DNA of 64,000 nt from a bacterium (GCA_965200245.1 CBDATS010000004.1:800001-864000); one strand, 5' to 3'; positions 10,454 through 20,486 are shown, counted from the first letter of the stretch. Numbers and translations are program-made. The notes: generated by a model not told the origin, from the letters alone.

Positions 10454-11670
10454 CGCTTGCAGGCAGCGGACTTTCTTCCAACCCCGACTCCGCCGCCGCT
10501 GCGCAAGAGGCGATAGAAGAGGCCATGGCGGAGGCGGGGCTCGACACGGCTTCTCTCGTTTTCCTGTTCGCGACGCCCGGACACCTGGGCAGATGGCCCG
10601 AGGTGGTCGCCGCCGTGGCGGAGGGAACGGGCGGGGCGCGCATGGTCGGCTGCACGGGCTTCGGCGTCATGACGGCGCAGGGTGAAATCGAGCGCAAGCC
10701 CGGAATCTCTGTTCTGGCAGTGGGAGGCAACGCGCCATCCGCTGTGCCTTTTCTCGTCGAGGGCCTGGCCGACTCGCCCACGGAATGCGGACGCGCCATC
10801 GGCCGGGCGGCCAAAAAAGAGTTGGGCGGCGTACTCTCCCCGGAGAATCCCCCTCTGGTCGTCATCATGCCCGACAGCTATCACCTCCAGGCCGACGCGC
10901 TGTTCGAGGGAATCCATGAGGAGTTGGGCGATGAGGTCATCATCGTGGGAGGCGGTGCCGCCGAGGATGGTGGGGCGGGGAAAACCTTTCAGTTCCTGGA
11001 CGGGCAGGTACAGACAGGTGCCGTCTCGGGCGTCGTATTCGCGGGTGCACCCAAGCGGTTCATCGGGATATCACAGGCCTATCTGCCAGTGGGCGAACCC
11101 AGGCTCATTACCCGTGTCGAGGAGAACCTCGTATGGGAAATCTCGGGCAAGCGTGCGTATGACGCCTACGCCGAGGCGGCGGGTCCCGAATGGATGGAGA
11201 ATATCCGCTTCGCCGCCATGAACCTGTTCGTCGGCATTCCGGGAGATCCGGACAAGGTGAGGCTTGATCATGGCGAGTACATCGTACGGCCCATCGTGGG
11301 CGCGGACGAAGAGCAGGGAATCATCATGCTGCCGACGCCGGTCAGAACCGGGCAGGCCATCACCTTCGCCAGGCGCGACGGAAAACGCGCGCGCGAGGAC
11401 CTCCGCACCATGCTGGAAAAAGGCGCGCGCCGCTTCGCCGCCACAGGGGAGGCGGGTGCACGCGCGTTCGGCCTTTACTTCAACTGCGCGGGTCGAGGCA
11501 GTTCCCTCTACGGAGAGATGGATGTGGACGCTGGAGCGATTCGTGAGAAGATGCGCGATCTGCCGGTCGCCGGTTTCTTCACGGGTTCGGAGATTGCGCC
11601 CATCGGAAAAATCGACCATCTCCACCAGTATTCCGGCGTTTTGGTGCTTGTGGGAAAGGACACGGCTTAA
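10450..11670 (+). CDS. FIST N/C domain signal-transduction protein
   Basis: ATG at 10450 overlaps upstream TGA (ATGA). GCTGFGV, VGGGAA, FNCAGRG, GFFTGSEI motifs. Confidence 0.85.
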   Translation: MTLAGSGLSSNPDSAAAAQEAIEEAMAEAGLDTASLVFLFATPGHLGRWPEVVAAVAEGTGGARMVGCTGFGVMTAQGEIERKPGISVLAVGGNAPSAVPFLVEGLADSPTECGRAIGRAAKKELGGVLSPENPPLVVIMPDSYHLQADALFEGIHEELGDEVIIVGGGAAEDGGAGKTFQFLDGQVQTGAVSGVVFAGAPKRFIGISQAYLPVGEPRLITRVEENLVWEISGKRAYDAYAEAAGPEWMENIRFAAMNLFVGIPGDPDKVRLDHGEYIVRPIVGADEEQGIIMLPTPVRTGQAITFARRDGKRAREDLRTMLEKGARRFAATGEAGARAFGLYFNCAGRGSSLYGEMDVDAGAIREKMRDLPVAGFFTGSEIAPIGKIDHLHQYSGVLVLVGKDTA

Positions 11671-11705
11671 AGGGAATTTCTTCATCATTCACGGGAGTGC
11701 GTCTT

Positions 11706-12134
11706 ATGGGATACAGCACGGGCAACATCATCGTCACGTTCCTTCACGTGCTGAGTGCTATTCTGGCAGTTGGCGGCGTGGCCTTTCTTCGTTTCGTGGT
11801 CATCCCCACGGCGGCGGAATTGCCTGAAGCGGAGCGTGGGCCGTTCATGGCGAAAATCCAGAAACGATTCATCCCGATCCTCCATGGATCGTTCCTGATC
11901 CTGATACTGACAGGGCTTCATCACGTCACCCGACTCGTGCGGAGCGGACTCGCCATTCCAGAGTCGCTGGTCGTGAAGATCGTCCTCGCACTCGTCATCA
12001 TCTTCGTCGGCGTCGCGCTCACTATCCCGAAGGGCTTCGAGGGCATGAAGGCGCAGCGCAAAATGTGGCTTCTCCTGAACCTCGTCCTCGCCCTCATCGT
12101 CGTCTACCTGGGGATATCGGTCACCCACGGATAG
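11706..12134 (+). CDS. Small 4-TM membrane protein (CopD/DUF4149-like)
   Basis: FLHVLSAILAVGG, LTGL and KIVLAL pattern; four hydrophobic segments. Confidence 0.65.
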   Translation: MGYSTGNIIVTFLHVLSAILAVGGVAFLRFVVIPTAAELPEAERGPFMAKIQKRFIPILHGSFLILILTGLHHVTRLVRSGLAIPESLVVKIVLALVIIFVGVALTIPKGFEGMKAQRKMWLLLNLVLALIVVYLGISVTHG

Positions 12135-12157
12135 TGTAACCAAAAGGGGCGCAGGCG

Positions 12158-13159
12158 ATGCGGGCGGGCTGGTATAAACGAAAGGGCGGAGCGCGCGAGG
12201 TCATCGAAATCGGCGAGATGGCAACGCCAGAACCCGGTCCCGGCGAGGTCAGGGTGCGACTCCATGCCTCGGGCGTGAATCCCACGGACTGCAAGCGCCG
12301 CGGGGGCCAGGGTTCCGAAGACTGGGGCTATTTTAACCATTTCCCGGATTTTCCGAGGATCATCCCCCACAACGACGGTGCGGGCGTCGTGGACAGGCCG
12401 GGACCCGACACGAGCGGCCATGAAGCAGGTGATCGCGTATGGGTCTACAATGCGCGCTACAAACGCGCGTTCGGCACCTCGGCGCAATACGTCTGCCTGC
12501 CCGAGGGGTTTCTCGTGCGCCTGCCGGAGGAAACCAGCTTCGTAGAGGGCGCCTGTCTCGGAATCCCCGCCATGACGGCTCACCGCTGCCTGTTCGCGGA
12601 CGGCCCAATCCAGAACAAGACGGTGCTCGTGACGGGAGGCGCCGGTCGCGTGGGCGCCTACGCCGTACAACTGGCCAAATGGGCGGGAGCGCGCGTGATC
12701 GCCACGGTCAGTTCAGCGGCCAAGGCCGAGCGGGCGTCGGCGGCCGATCACGTGATCAACTACCGCGAGGAGGATGTCGTCGAACGGATACTTGAAATTA
12801 CAGACGGCGCGGGGCTGGACCGCGTGGTGGACGTGAACCTCGGCGTAAACTGGGAGACGAACTACAAAATCCTGAACATCGGCGGCGTCATCACCTCCTA
12901 TTCCTCCATGGGGAATCGCACCCCCCGCTTCCCCCATTACGAACTCATGCTCAACAACATCACCATCCGCCTGGTGATGGTCCACTGCTGCCCGCCCGAG
13001 GCACTGGCGCATGCTGCGGCGGACATCACGCGCGCCCTGGATGAGGGCGCCCTCTCCCATCATATCGCCGCGCGCTTTCCGCTCGATGAACTCGCAAGCG
13101 CGCACGAGTCGGTGGAACGAGGCGAAGCGATGGGTAACGCCATCGTGGAAATCGACTAG
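12158..13159 (+). CDS. NADPH:quinone reductase (zeta-crystallin/MDR family)
   Basis: ASGVNPTD, PHNDGAG, GIPAMTAH, VTGGAGRVG. Confidence 0.9.
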   Translation: MRAGWYKRKGGAREVIEIGEMATPEPGPGEVRVRLHASGVNPTDCKRRGGQGSEDWGYFNHFPDFPRIIPHNDGAGVVDRPGPDTSGHEAGDRVWVYNARYKRAFGTSAQYVCLPEGFLVRLPEETSFVEGACLGIPAMTAHRCLFADGPIQNKTVLVTGGAGRVGAYAVQLAKWAGARVIATVSSAAKAERASAADHVINYREEDVVERILEITDGAGLDRVVDVNLGVNWETNYKILNIGGVITSYSSMGNRTPRFPHYELMLNNITIRLVMVHCCPPEALAHAAADITRALDEGALSHHIAARFPLDELASAHESVERGEAMGNAIVEID

Positions 13160-14379
13160 AAGATATTCAGCTTCTTGAGTCCCGATTCCAGGGCGTCGAG
13201 CGTGCGATCAACCTGCGCTTCAGTATGCGTCGCCATGAGGGTAGCGCGGAGCCTGCTGGTACCTTCGGGCACCGTGGGAGGGCGGATGGCGAGCAGGTAG
13301 ACACCCGCCTCCATCAGATGATCCGCGAGCGCAAGCGTTTTTTCCGTATCCCTGATGATGATGGGAAAAATCGGAATTTCGGCCCCCGGCGACGGGTCGC
13401 TCACGCGAAGCCCGATATAGCGAAGCCCCGCGCGAAAGCGCGCGCACAGATTCGCCAGATTTTCCCGGCGGCGCTCTCCCTCTGCTCCTTCCGCGACCCT
13501 GACGGCGGCGCGGGAGGCAGCGACCACGGCGGGTGGCAGACTCGTTGAGTAGATATAAGGCCGGGCCTTGTTGACGAGGTAATCCACGACGCTGGAATCC
13601 GCGCACGCGAACGCGCCGTAAGAGGCGAGCGCCTTGCCCAACGTGCCCATGGACACCGAAACACCGTCTTCCACACCGAAGTAAGCGCCGCTCCCTCTGC
13701 CACTCTCACCGATGACTCCCGTGCCGTGCGCGTCGTCCACCATAAGTACCGCGCCGTATTTGCGCGCGATTTCGCAGATGCCGGGAAGCGGGGCCAAATC
13801 CCCGTCCATGCTGAAGACGCCGTCCGTCACGATGAGCTTTCGGCGCGCTGTTGCGGCATTCCTGAGAGCGTCTTCCAGACGATTGAGATTCCTGTGCGGA
13901 TAGATATGGACCTGGGCTCTTGAGAGCCTGCAGCCGTCCACGATGCTCGCGTGGTTGAGAGCATCGCTGAAAACGGCGTCTCCCTCGACCGTAAGGGCAG
14001 TGATGAGCCCCAGGTTCGCCAGAAAACCCGAGCCGAAGACGAGGGCGGCCTCTTTTCGCTTGAAGACGGCCAGTGCGCGCGCCAACTCCTCATGGGCGGT
14101 CATGTGGCCCGATATGAGCGGGGAGGCGGCTCCGCTCGCACCCGCGCCTCTTGCGGCCTCAACGGACGCCTCGATGATGGCGGAATAGCCCGCGAGGCCG
14201 AGGTAATTATTGCTCGAAAGATTAATGAGGGTCCTGCCGCCATGGCGCATGGTCGGCCCCTGCATACCCTCGATAGTGCGCAGACCACGGCGCAGGTTGG
14301 CTTGCGTGAGTTCGCGCAGCACATCCTCCAGCTGCGCCTTCCAATCTTCCTGAGAGGTGTTCATGCCTGTCTCGTCCAT
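13156..14379 (-). CDS. bioF: 8-amino-7-oxononanoate synthase
   Basis: SSNNYLGL, LNHASIVDG, FSMDGD, DDAHG, PLP lysine GTLGKA, IRPPTVP. Confidence 0.9.
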   Translation of the reverse strand: MDETGMNTSQEDWKAQLEDVLRELTQANLRRGLRTIEGMQGPTMRHGGRTLINLSSNNYLGLAGYSAIIEASVEAARGAGASGAASPLISGHMTAHEELARALAVFKRKEAALVFGSGFLANLGLITALTVEGDAVFSDALNHASIVDGCRLSRAQVHIYPHRNLNRLEDALRNAATARRKLIVTDGVFSMDGDLAPLPGICEIARKYGAVLMVDDAHGTGVIGESGRGSGAYFGVEDGVSVSMGTLGKALASYGAFACADSSVVDYLVNKARPYIYSTSLPPAVVAASRAAVRVAEGAEGERRRENLANLCARFRAGLRYIGLRVSDPSPGAEIPIFPIIIRDTEKTLALADHLMEAGVYLLAIRPPTVPEGTSRLRATLMATHTEAQVDRTLDALESGLKKLNIF

Positions 14380-14511
14380 GCACTCATTCTAGGGAACGAG
14401 GGCACGCCCGAAAAGTGGGGGACTGTGAAACTCTTGCGCCGACCCCGTAATGGTGTCATTTTCGGGGAAACCAAGGCGGCGCAGATTCCACACGGCGCAA
14501 AGGAGCCTCGC

Positions 14512-14886
14512 TTGAACTGGCTTTTGGTGGCGGGCGGCGGCGCAATAGGCAGCGCGCTACGCTACGGACTCGCACTCTTCGTGCAGAGAACATTGGGTGG
14601 AAACTGGCCCTTCAGCACTCTGGCAGCCAACGTCATCGGCTCGTTCATCATCGGATGCATGTACGAAATGCTCGCCACGAAGGAGTTGCTGAACGAAGAG
14701 GCGCGCCTGTTCATTATGATCGGCCTGTTGGGCGGGTTCACCACGTTTTCCGCTTTCAGTCTAGAAACCCTGCTCATGTTCCAGGAAGGCGACTGGTTCC
14801 TCGCGGTGCTCTACGCCGTGTTCTCCGTCGCAGGGTGTCTCCTCGCCGTCTGGGCGGGGTTTCAGTTCGCCGCCGCGGTAACCTGA
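14512..14886 (+). CDS. crcB: Fluoride efflux channel
   Basis: TTG start after AGGAG; GGAIGSALRY, TLAANVIGSF, GLLGGFTTFSAF. Confidence 0.92.
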   Translation: MNWLLVAGGGAIGSALRYGLALFVQRTLGGNWPFSTLAANVIGSFIIGCMYEMLATKELLNEEARLFIMIGLLGGFTTFSAFSLETLLMFQEGDWFLAVLYAVFSVAGCLLAVWAGFQFAAAVT

Positions 14887-14933
14887 AGCGCCCGAAACCT
14901 ATCCACCAGTGCTGCACACCGTCGGACAAGCCT

Positions 14934-15728
14934 TCAGATCGAGTACATCTCGCCTCCGTCAACCTGAAGTGCAGCTCCCGTGATGTAGCTTGCACGCTCG
15001 CTGGCGAGAAAAGCCACCGCCGCCGCGAATTCCTCCGCTTCCCCGAGGCGACCAATGGCGATATCCTTCGTCACTTCGGCATACACTTCTTCCTCGGTGC
15101 GGCCGCTCTCCGCCGCCATCCTGGCGATGCGCTCGGGCCAGTGGGTGGAAAAACGCCCGGGGTTCACGATGTTCACCAGAATGCCGTCGCGCACGAACTC
15201 GCCGGCGAGAGATTTCGTGAAGTTCAAGAGTGCCGCCTTGGAGGCGTTCGAGACCACACGACGGGGCCGGGGCTGGCGGCTGCTCGTTGAGCCCGTCATG
15301 ATGATACGTCCCCACTTCTGCTTTTGCATGTAGCGAATCACCAGACGGCTGAACTCGGACGCCGCATAGAGGATACTGCTCATGGAGTTTTCCCAGTCCG
15401 CACGCTCAACATCCAGAAAATCCTTTGTAGTGCTTACGCCTGCGTTACTCACCAGGACGTGCACGGTCCCGAACAGGGCGACAGTCTCCTCTACCACGGC
15501 AGCAATGTCTTCCGTCACGCTCACATCGCAGCGCATGGCGCGCACCACGCCTTCCGAGACCGACTGGATTTCCTGCCTGGCCGCTGCAAGGCGCTCCTCG
15601 TTTCTTGCGCAGATGCAGACGTCGCAGCCTTCCTTCGCGAGTTCTTTCGCGATGGCGAGGCCCAATCCCGCACTTCCGCCGGTTACGATGGCGGCTTTCC
15701 CGTGAAGTCCCAGATCCATATCGTTCAT
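14934..15728 (-). CDS. SDR family oxidoreductase (3-oxoacyl-ACP reductase-like)
   Basis: TGGSAGLG, SNAG, SNASK (atypical YxxxK), ITGAALQVDGG. Confidence 0.88.
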   Translation of the reverse strand: MNDMDLGLHGKAAIVTGGSAGLGLAIAKELAKEGCDVCICARNEERLAAARQEIQSVSEGVVRAMRCDVSVTEDIAAVVEETVALFGTVHVLVSNAGVSTTKDFLDVERADWENSMSSILYAASEFSRLVIRYMQKQKWGRIIMTGSTSSRQPRPRRVVSNASKAALLNFTKSLAGEFVRDGILVNIVNPGRFSTHWPERIARMAAESGRTEEEVYAEVTKDIAIGRLGEAEEFAAAVAFLASERASYITGAALQVDGGEMYSI

Positions 15729-15764
15729 CCCTGTTCGTGATGTGCGTGAGAAGTCCAGGAATGA

Positions 15765-15793
15765 TTGAGAACACGCATAAGCCACCTTATAAT
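15765..15793 (+). promoter_or_regulatory. Sigma70-type promoter
   Basis: TTGAGA (15765-70), 17-bp spacer, TATAAT (15788-93); 38 bp upstream of ATG 15832. Confidence 0.7.
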
Positions 15794-15831
15794 TCAACGA
15801 TTCCGACATTCGCCACCCGAGGAGAGAAAAT

Positions 15832-16104
15832 ATGACGGAGCGCGCCGATTTTCGTCAGTTCTACCGCGACGCCCACAACATGGATTTGCTCACCGACCGC
15901 GAGAAAATCCTGATGGGCCTCGCCGTCTCCATTGTGCGTAACTGCCAGCCGTGAGTGGACCGCCGCCTGGCGGACGCCGGGAAAGCGGGCCTCAGCGAAG
16001 AGACACTCGACGCCGCATTCGATTTGACTGCCGCTGTCATGGCAGGGGTCGCCCAGAGCATGAACCAGCGCTACAAGGCTTCGCGGGACAAGGGCACTTC
16101 GTAG
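15832..16104 (+). CDS. AhpD/carboxymuconolactone decarboxylase-like selenoprotein (CxxU)
   Basis: Not in ORF track. GAGGAG RBS; MTERADFRQFYRDAHNMDLLTDREKILMGLAVSIVRNCQP-UGA(15952-54)-VDRRLADAGKAGLSEETLDAAFDLTAAVMAG...; the CMD pattern continues past the UGA. Confidence 0.85.
15952..15994 (+). promoter_or_regulatory. Putative bacterial SECIS element
   Basis: 11 nt after the UGA: stem CCUGGC/GCCGGG closing a G-first loop GGAC, with lower stem CCGC/GCGG (folded by eye). Confidence 0.65.
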
Positions 16105-16114
16105 AGACCTATTC

Positions 16115-16666
16115 ATGAAGGACTGGTTCAAGAAGTTCACCGATTTCGACGATCCGAACAAGCTCATGCCCTGGAAGGACAAAAGTCCCGCACCTCAGGG
16201 GGAGACACCCGAGGACCGCCCCGAAATCCCCATCAAGCCGGTCTGGTATTTCGCGATGTACTTCATCATGGGCGTGGGGTTCGACACCCTGTTCCCGACC
16301 TACGTCTTCCCGGAGAACGTGCGCTTCACGCTTGGGGTCGGGCTGGTGCTCGCAGGGGCTGTTCTCAATTCGACCTCCATCGCCTGTTACAGGAAGGCCC
16401 GCACGAACCACGAGGCGGACAAACCCGCGCACGTCCTCATCACGGAGGGACCCTACCGCTACTCGCGGAACCCGATCTACCTGGGCTTCACATGTCTCTT
16501 CCTGGGACTCGGGGTTTTCCTCAACAATTTGTGGATATTCGTTCTGGGCGCGCCACTGCTCGCTACGGTGCAGGTGATCATCGTCGCGCCTGAGGAGGAT
16601 TATCTGGCGGAGAAATTCGGCGAGGAATACGGCGAATACTGCCAGAGTGTGCGCCGCTGGCTCTAG
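16115..16666 (+). CDS. Isoprenylcysteine carboxyl methyltransferase/PEMT family membrane methyltransferase
   Basis: LITEGPYRYSRNPIYLG and PEEDYLAEKFGEEYGEYCQSVRRWL signatures. Confidence 0.9.
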   Translation: MKDWFKKFTDFDDPNKLMPWKDKSPAPQGETPEDRPEIPIKPVWYFAMYFIMGVGFDTLFPTYVFPENVRFTLGVGLVLAGAVLNSTSIACYRKARTNHEADKPAHVLITEGPYRYSRNPIYLGFTCLFLGLGVFLNNLWIFVLGAPLLATVQVIIVAPEEDYLAEKFGEEYGEYCQSVRRWL

Positions 16667-16928
16667 CGCAGTTCACTCACTCGAAACGAAAAGAGGTCGG
16701 AGATCGCGTCGCATCTGTCCCTGAAACGCGATCCGAGGGAATCGGTCTCAGGGAAAATAGATGGAATAGGCAAAGAGAACCACTATTATTCCTCGGAGGC
16801 GCATTATGTATGATAATCAACACAACGGAGAGTTATTCGCATCATCGAGTTGTCAGTGGAGATTGAAATGAGAACACCGTCATAATTGACCCTGTCAATA
16901 GGGTATGCCATGACTATCGCTTAACCGT

Positions 16929-17320
16929 ATGATATTGAAGATATTAGCTTATGACAAACTCGCGATTCAAAGGACAATTCATATTTTTCAAGGAGAAAAA
17001 GTATTGGACGCCCAAAACCAAGAACAGAAAACAAAAGTTGGGTTTGTCGTTGAGGAAAAAAATGACGAGTCCCTTGATTTGGTAATTAGTAAAATGAGAA
17101 ATTTGGAGTTGTTTGACGGCATTGATGACCCTTATGCCGAACTCATGAGAGAAAGAGGCATAGAAGTCAGAAAATAATGCCGGTATTCGACGCAACAACT
17201 CTTATGTTTTTGCTAAAACCAGACGCCCAGCCTCCGACTGATCCCACCACCCAAAGCCACTTTCAAAAGTGATTCAGCGGATTGATTCTCTGATCGACAC
17301 CTTGGCACCACTAATCAAGC
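16929..17320 (+). pseudogene. Remnant two-gene module: small protein C-terminus plus truncated/frameshifted PIN-domain toxin
   Basis: ORF 16929-17177 overlaps (TAATG) MPVFDATTLMFLLKPDAQPPTDP..., then a frameshift to IQRIDSLIDTL; resembles PIN N-terminus (hFDxxxL). AT-rich. Confidence 0.5.
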
Positions 17321-17399
17321 CGGACATTGGCGTGTTCAATGACTTCAGGCACGATATCTTTGAGCCAACAGATCGGGGCGTATAGCAGAGCAGAGAACA

Positions 17400-17624
17400 A
17401 TGATCGAAAGAATCATTGGCAGGAATCCGCATATCCAGGGCGGAACTCCGGTGTTTGCCGGCACCAGAGTCCCGGTGCGTATCCTGATGGAGCATCCGGA
17501 GGCGGGTGACCGACTCGACGAATTTCTGGAAGACTACCCCAACGTATCGCGGAATCAGGTCGCAACATTGCTGAAACACGCGACGGTGATGTTGGTGTCC
17601 GCCGAAAATGAAACTGCTACTTGA
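17400..17624 (+). CDS. DUF433 domain antitoxin
   Basis: NPHIQGGTPVFAGTRVPV...DEFLEDYP signature. Confidence 0.9.
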   Translation: MIERIIGRNPHIQGGTPVFAGTRVPVRILMEHPEAGDRLDEFLEDYPNVSRNQVATLLKHATVMLVSAENETAT

Positions 17625-17700
17625 CGAGGCCGTCCCAAAGCGCCTCGCTGCATCCTTCCCGGAAATGCTCATAGTTAACCAGACAGAATTTCATTCTGCC
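17608..17700 (+). pseudogene. Truncated DUF5615 PIN-like toxin
   Basis: MKLLLDEAVPKRLA start overlaps DUF433 gene; similarity lost after ~20 aa. Confidence 0.75.
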
Positions 17701-17704
17701 AGTT

Positions 17705-18971
17705 CTATCTTGGCCCTGCCGAATAGATTTTCAGTACTAACTCCGATTCGTCAGCCAAGAAATATTCGGGGGTTTTTCCGGAAATCTCTTCACTTCTTGA
17801 AAGTATGATTGGTACACCCTCACCACGCTTGTCCATTATGCAAGAGCGATGACTCGTGAAGTTATCTCCCTCAACCTGACAACGAGCCAGCAGGCTGGTC
17901 ACAGCCTCGTTACGGACTGCTTGCCGATAAGCGAGACTTTCGGGGGTCATCGTGTTGGGTAGCAGCCCCGGTGTAAATATTTCCAATCGATCATTGAACA
18001 ATCGAAGCCGAACCTTGCTTCCTCCCATCGAATAGTCTCGATGCGCAACGGCATTCGTTATTGCTTCGAAAACTGCGAGCAGGTCATATTGCGGGATATC
18101 TTCTCGTCCGCCAGTTATTATGTTTTTTTTTCGCTTCAACTCGCATGTTTTTCCGCACAAAATCGCAAGCTTGAAAGATTTGATCATCCAATGGCCCTGT
18201 GATGTCTCTTGCATCTCGTTGATAAGCCGCTTCAGCCCGTGGAGAAATTTCCGAACCTCGATATACAACAGCTTGAATGAATGCTCCCGGTATGAAGCGC
18301 TCCGGATTCCTGCAAGCCAGCATTATTCCGGCCACTGTGGGGCGCAAAACACCTTCTTCATCTTGAGATGCCATTGCTAATTTTGAGAGCAACTGTTCCG
18401 GAGGGTCGGTATATCGAGAGACACGAAAACGGCTCCAAAGCGGCTCATGCAGGTCGGCAAGTGTCGCTGTCGGTATGGGTGTTTCGCCGAAACGGATTAG
18501 ACGTGCTCGACTACGTTGCTGGAGTAAGCGCGCAAGCAGTTCAGGGGGCATGAGACGATTCGATGATCCGACCCGATGAAAGTATCTATCCGTACTCTGA
18601 TGTAAGAATAGACTCGGCGGGACTTCAATGCGGATCACGGGGCGTTCCGCACCTGTATTGTCAGGTAGAGTAAGGCGCTCAATTACCGGCGCCAATGACG
18701 GCCTGATCGAATCCTCGCAAGCTTGGCGGATCAGTCTTTCGACAGTATCAAGGCGCTCCGCGGGAATACCCAAGACTTCCCGTGAATTATCATCTACACC
18801 CATCAACAATACTCCGCCGCGGCTGTTCGCAAACGCGGCGAGTTCATCAGCAAGTTCGTCCTGCCTCGGGCCACGTATTTTTTCACCAGCAAAACGAACC
18901 TCCTTCAATTCCAGGAAGCTATCTTCACCCAGCCGTATTTTTTCCAACAACTCACTTCGTGTCGCAAACAT
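17705..18971 (-). pseudogene. AlbA_2 (Schlafen-like) + HATPase_c_4/RecG C-terminal-like protein, frameshifted
   Basis: GEDSFLELKE and AAFANSRGG in N-part; EAITNAVAHRDY and DKRGEG in C-part; frames join at the T9 run 18123-18131. Confidence 0.85.
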
Positions 18972-18974
18972 TTC

Positions 18975-20250
18975 GGACTTTCCGTCCCAAACGGGCCCAT
19001 CGGCGAGCAAACGCTTCGTGACCACCTTCCATTACTTCACAGGCTTTCTCCCGAACCATCTGTTCCTGCAGTGCTCCCTTTTATGCCACTCGGCATTGGC
19101 CAGACCAAAAATCTAATGGGTAAATCATTTCTGCGTCACCATTGAGCACCACGGTGGGGTTATGTGTCAAAACAATTAATTGTCGGCGGATCTTGTTCTC
19201 ACGAATCTGACGCACGATGAGTTCATATATCAAGTGGTTGTCCAGATCGTCTTCCGGCTGATCAAGGATTAGCGGCTCATCACCAAAAGAGAGCAGAAAT
19301 GCCAGCAAGGCTGCTGAACGTTGCCCCTGTGAACTCTGATCGATAGATGACCAATTGCGACCGTCCCCAATACGGCTGTATTCGATGCATAGATCATCTT
19401 CAGGAAACCAGCACTGTACATGCTCAACAAATTCAGGGATTTCAAATTTGCGTCGAAGGTAGTTCTGGAAGCAACCTCTGAAATTCTGGTGTTGAATTAA
19501 TCTCTCTTTTAACACTCGTCAAGGCCGATTCGCGATCTTGAGCGTTCGTTAGTTCAGTAGCTAATCCGCTGAAGTCACTACTGAACCGATCATCCACAAC
19601 GTCAAGCAAATCTCACAACTCACGTTCTATCCAGTTTGCATCAAAACCAAAATCAATTATTTCCATACTCACGAAATTATTCGCCGCCAACTTGTCATTA
19701 AGAAACTCCGAGCGAGCTCTTGTTATTGCTTTACGCGTATCTCCTAGCCGCTTCCGCTGAGCTTCTATTTCAGCATCTAGATGGCGGTGATCATTTTCCA
19801 ATTGCTTGAGGTGTTTCAACTCTTCCTCAAATTTCTGCCTCTCATGTACCAAATGCTTAAAAGCCTGTGCTCCATCGATTCCTTGTTCAATGAGCGAAGA
19901 TTGTAACTCCTCATAGTTTGCTTGCACTGCTTCAACTCGCTTCCGCCATTCTGCTAGTTTGGAGTTGCCTTCAAGTTCTTGTATCTCTTCAGAAAGCATC
20001 TCCGAAGTTTGCCTAAGCTCAGTACGTATTCTGCAAATTAATTGCTCTGCTTCACTCCTCCAGGCGAGGCCATCATGACCCTGTGGCGCATCGAAAATGC
20101 CATCCTGCCAGTCATCCAACAATAGGTTTTCAGCCAAGGGTTCAATGCGACTAGTTCTTGCGCGAAGTTGCTCTAGAGTTGTACCTACCTCTCGGACTTG
20201 CCGTTGATCTTGTTGACGTGCATTTAGCACTTCATTGCGAGCAGACCGAG
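18975..20250 (-). pseudogene. Degraded TrlF/Ppl-like AAA (ABC-type) ATPase, C-terminal half
   Basis: Coiled coil, then SQGQRSAALL, LILDQPEDDLDN, THNP and EVMEGGHEAFARR. In-frame stops at 19613-15 and 19081-83, a frameshift near 19510, N-terminus absent. Confidence 0.8.
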
Positions 20251-20486
20251 CTAGGACTTTATTGTATCATGATTAGTTCTGCATGATTCGATTGAAATGG
20301 TTGTACGGACTTTCCTATTTCATCTTACTCGAAATTTCAAACCCAAGTGAGTGGATCGAAGTTTCTGAATAGCAATGAAAGAATGGAGGAAATTGCCAAA
20401 GAAGATGCAAGAAGAGGTACGCTGATTAAGAAAATGACACAACAAACGTGGAAGACACCAGTGAGCAGGCCTCAATGAAGCACATG

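Noticed and set aside
14440-14510. Possible fluoride riboswitch upstream of crcB (AATGGTGT within a CCCC/GGGG hairpin followed by AAACC)
   Set aside because: The conserved downstream GCUGAUGAC pseudoknot segment is not present; it would need an Rfam crcB scan to accept.
13951-14511. Long N-terminal extensions of crcB and of FIST (10255), ImmA (51344) and DUF151 (54105)
   Set aside because: They overlap neighbouring genes or low-information sequence; internal starts have RBS or translational coupling.
19613-19615. In-frame TGA in the ATPase as selenocysteine
   Set aside because: Context ERE L*DLL fits CGA(Arg)>TGA; no redox motif, and the gene has other stops and frameshifts.
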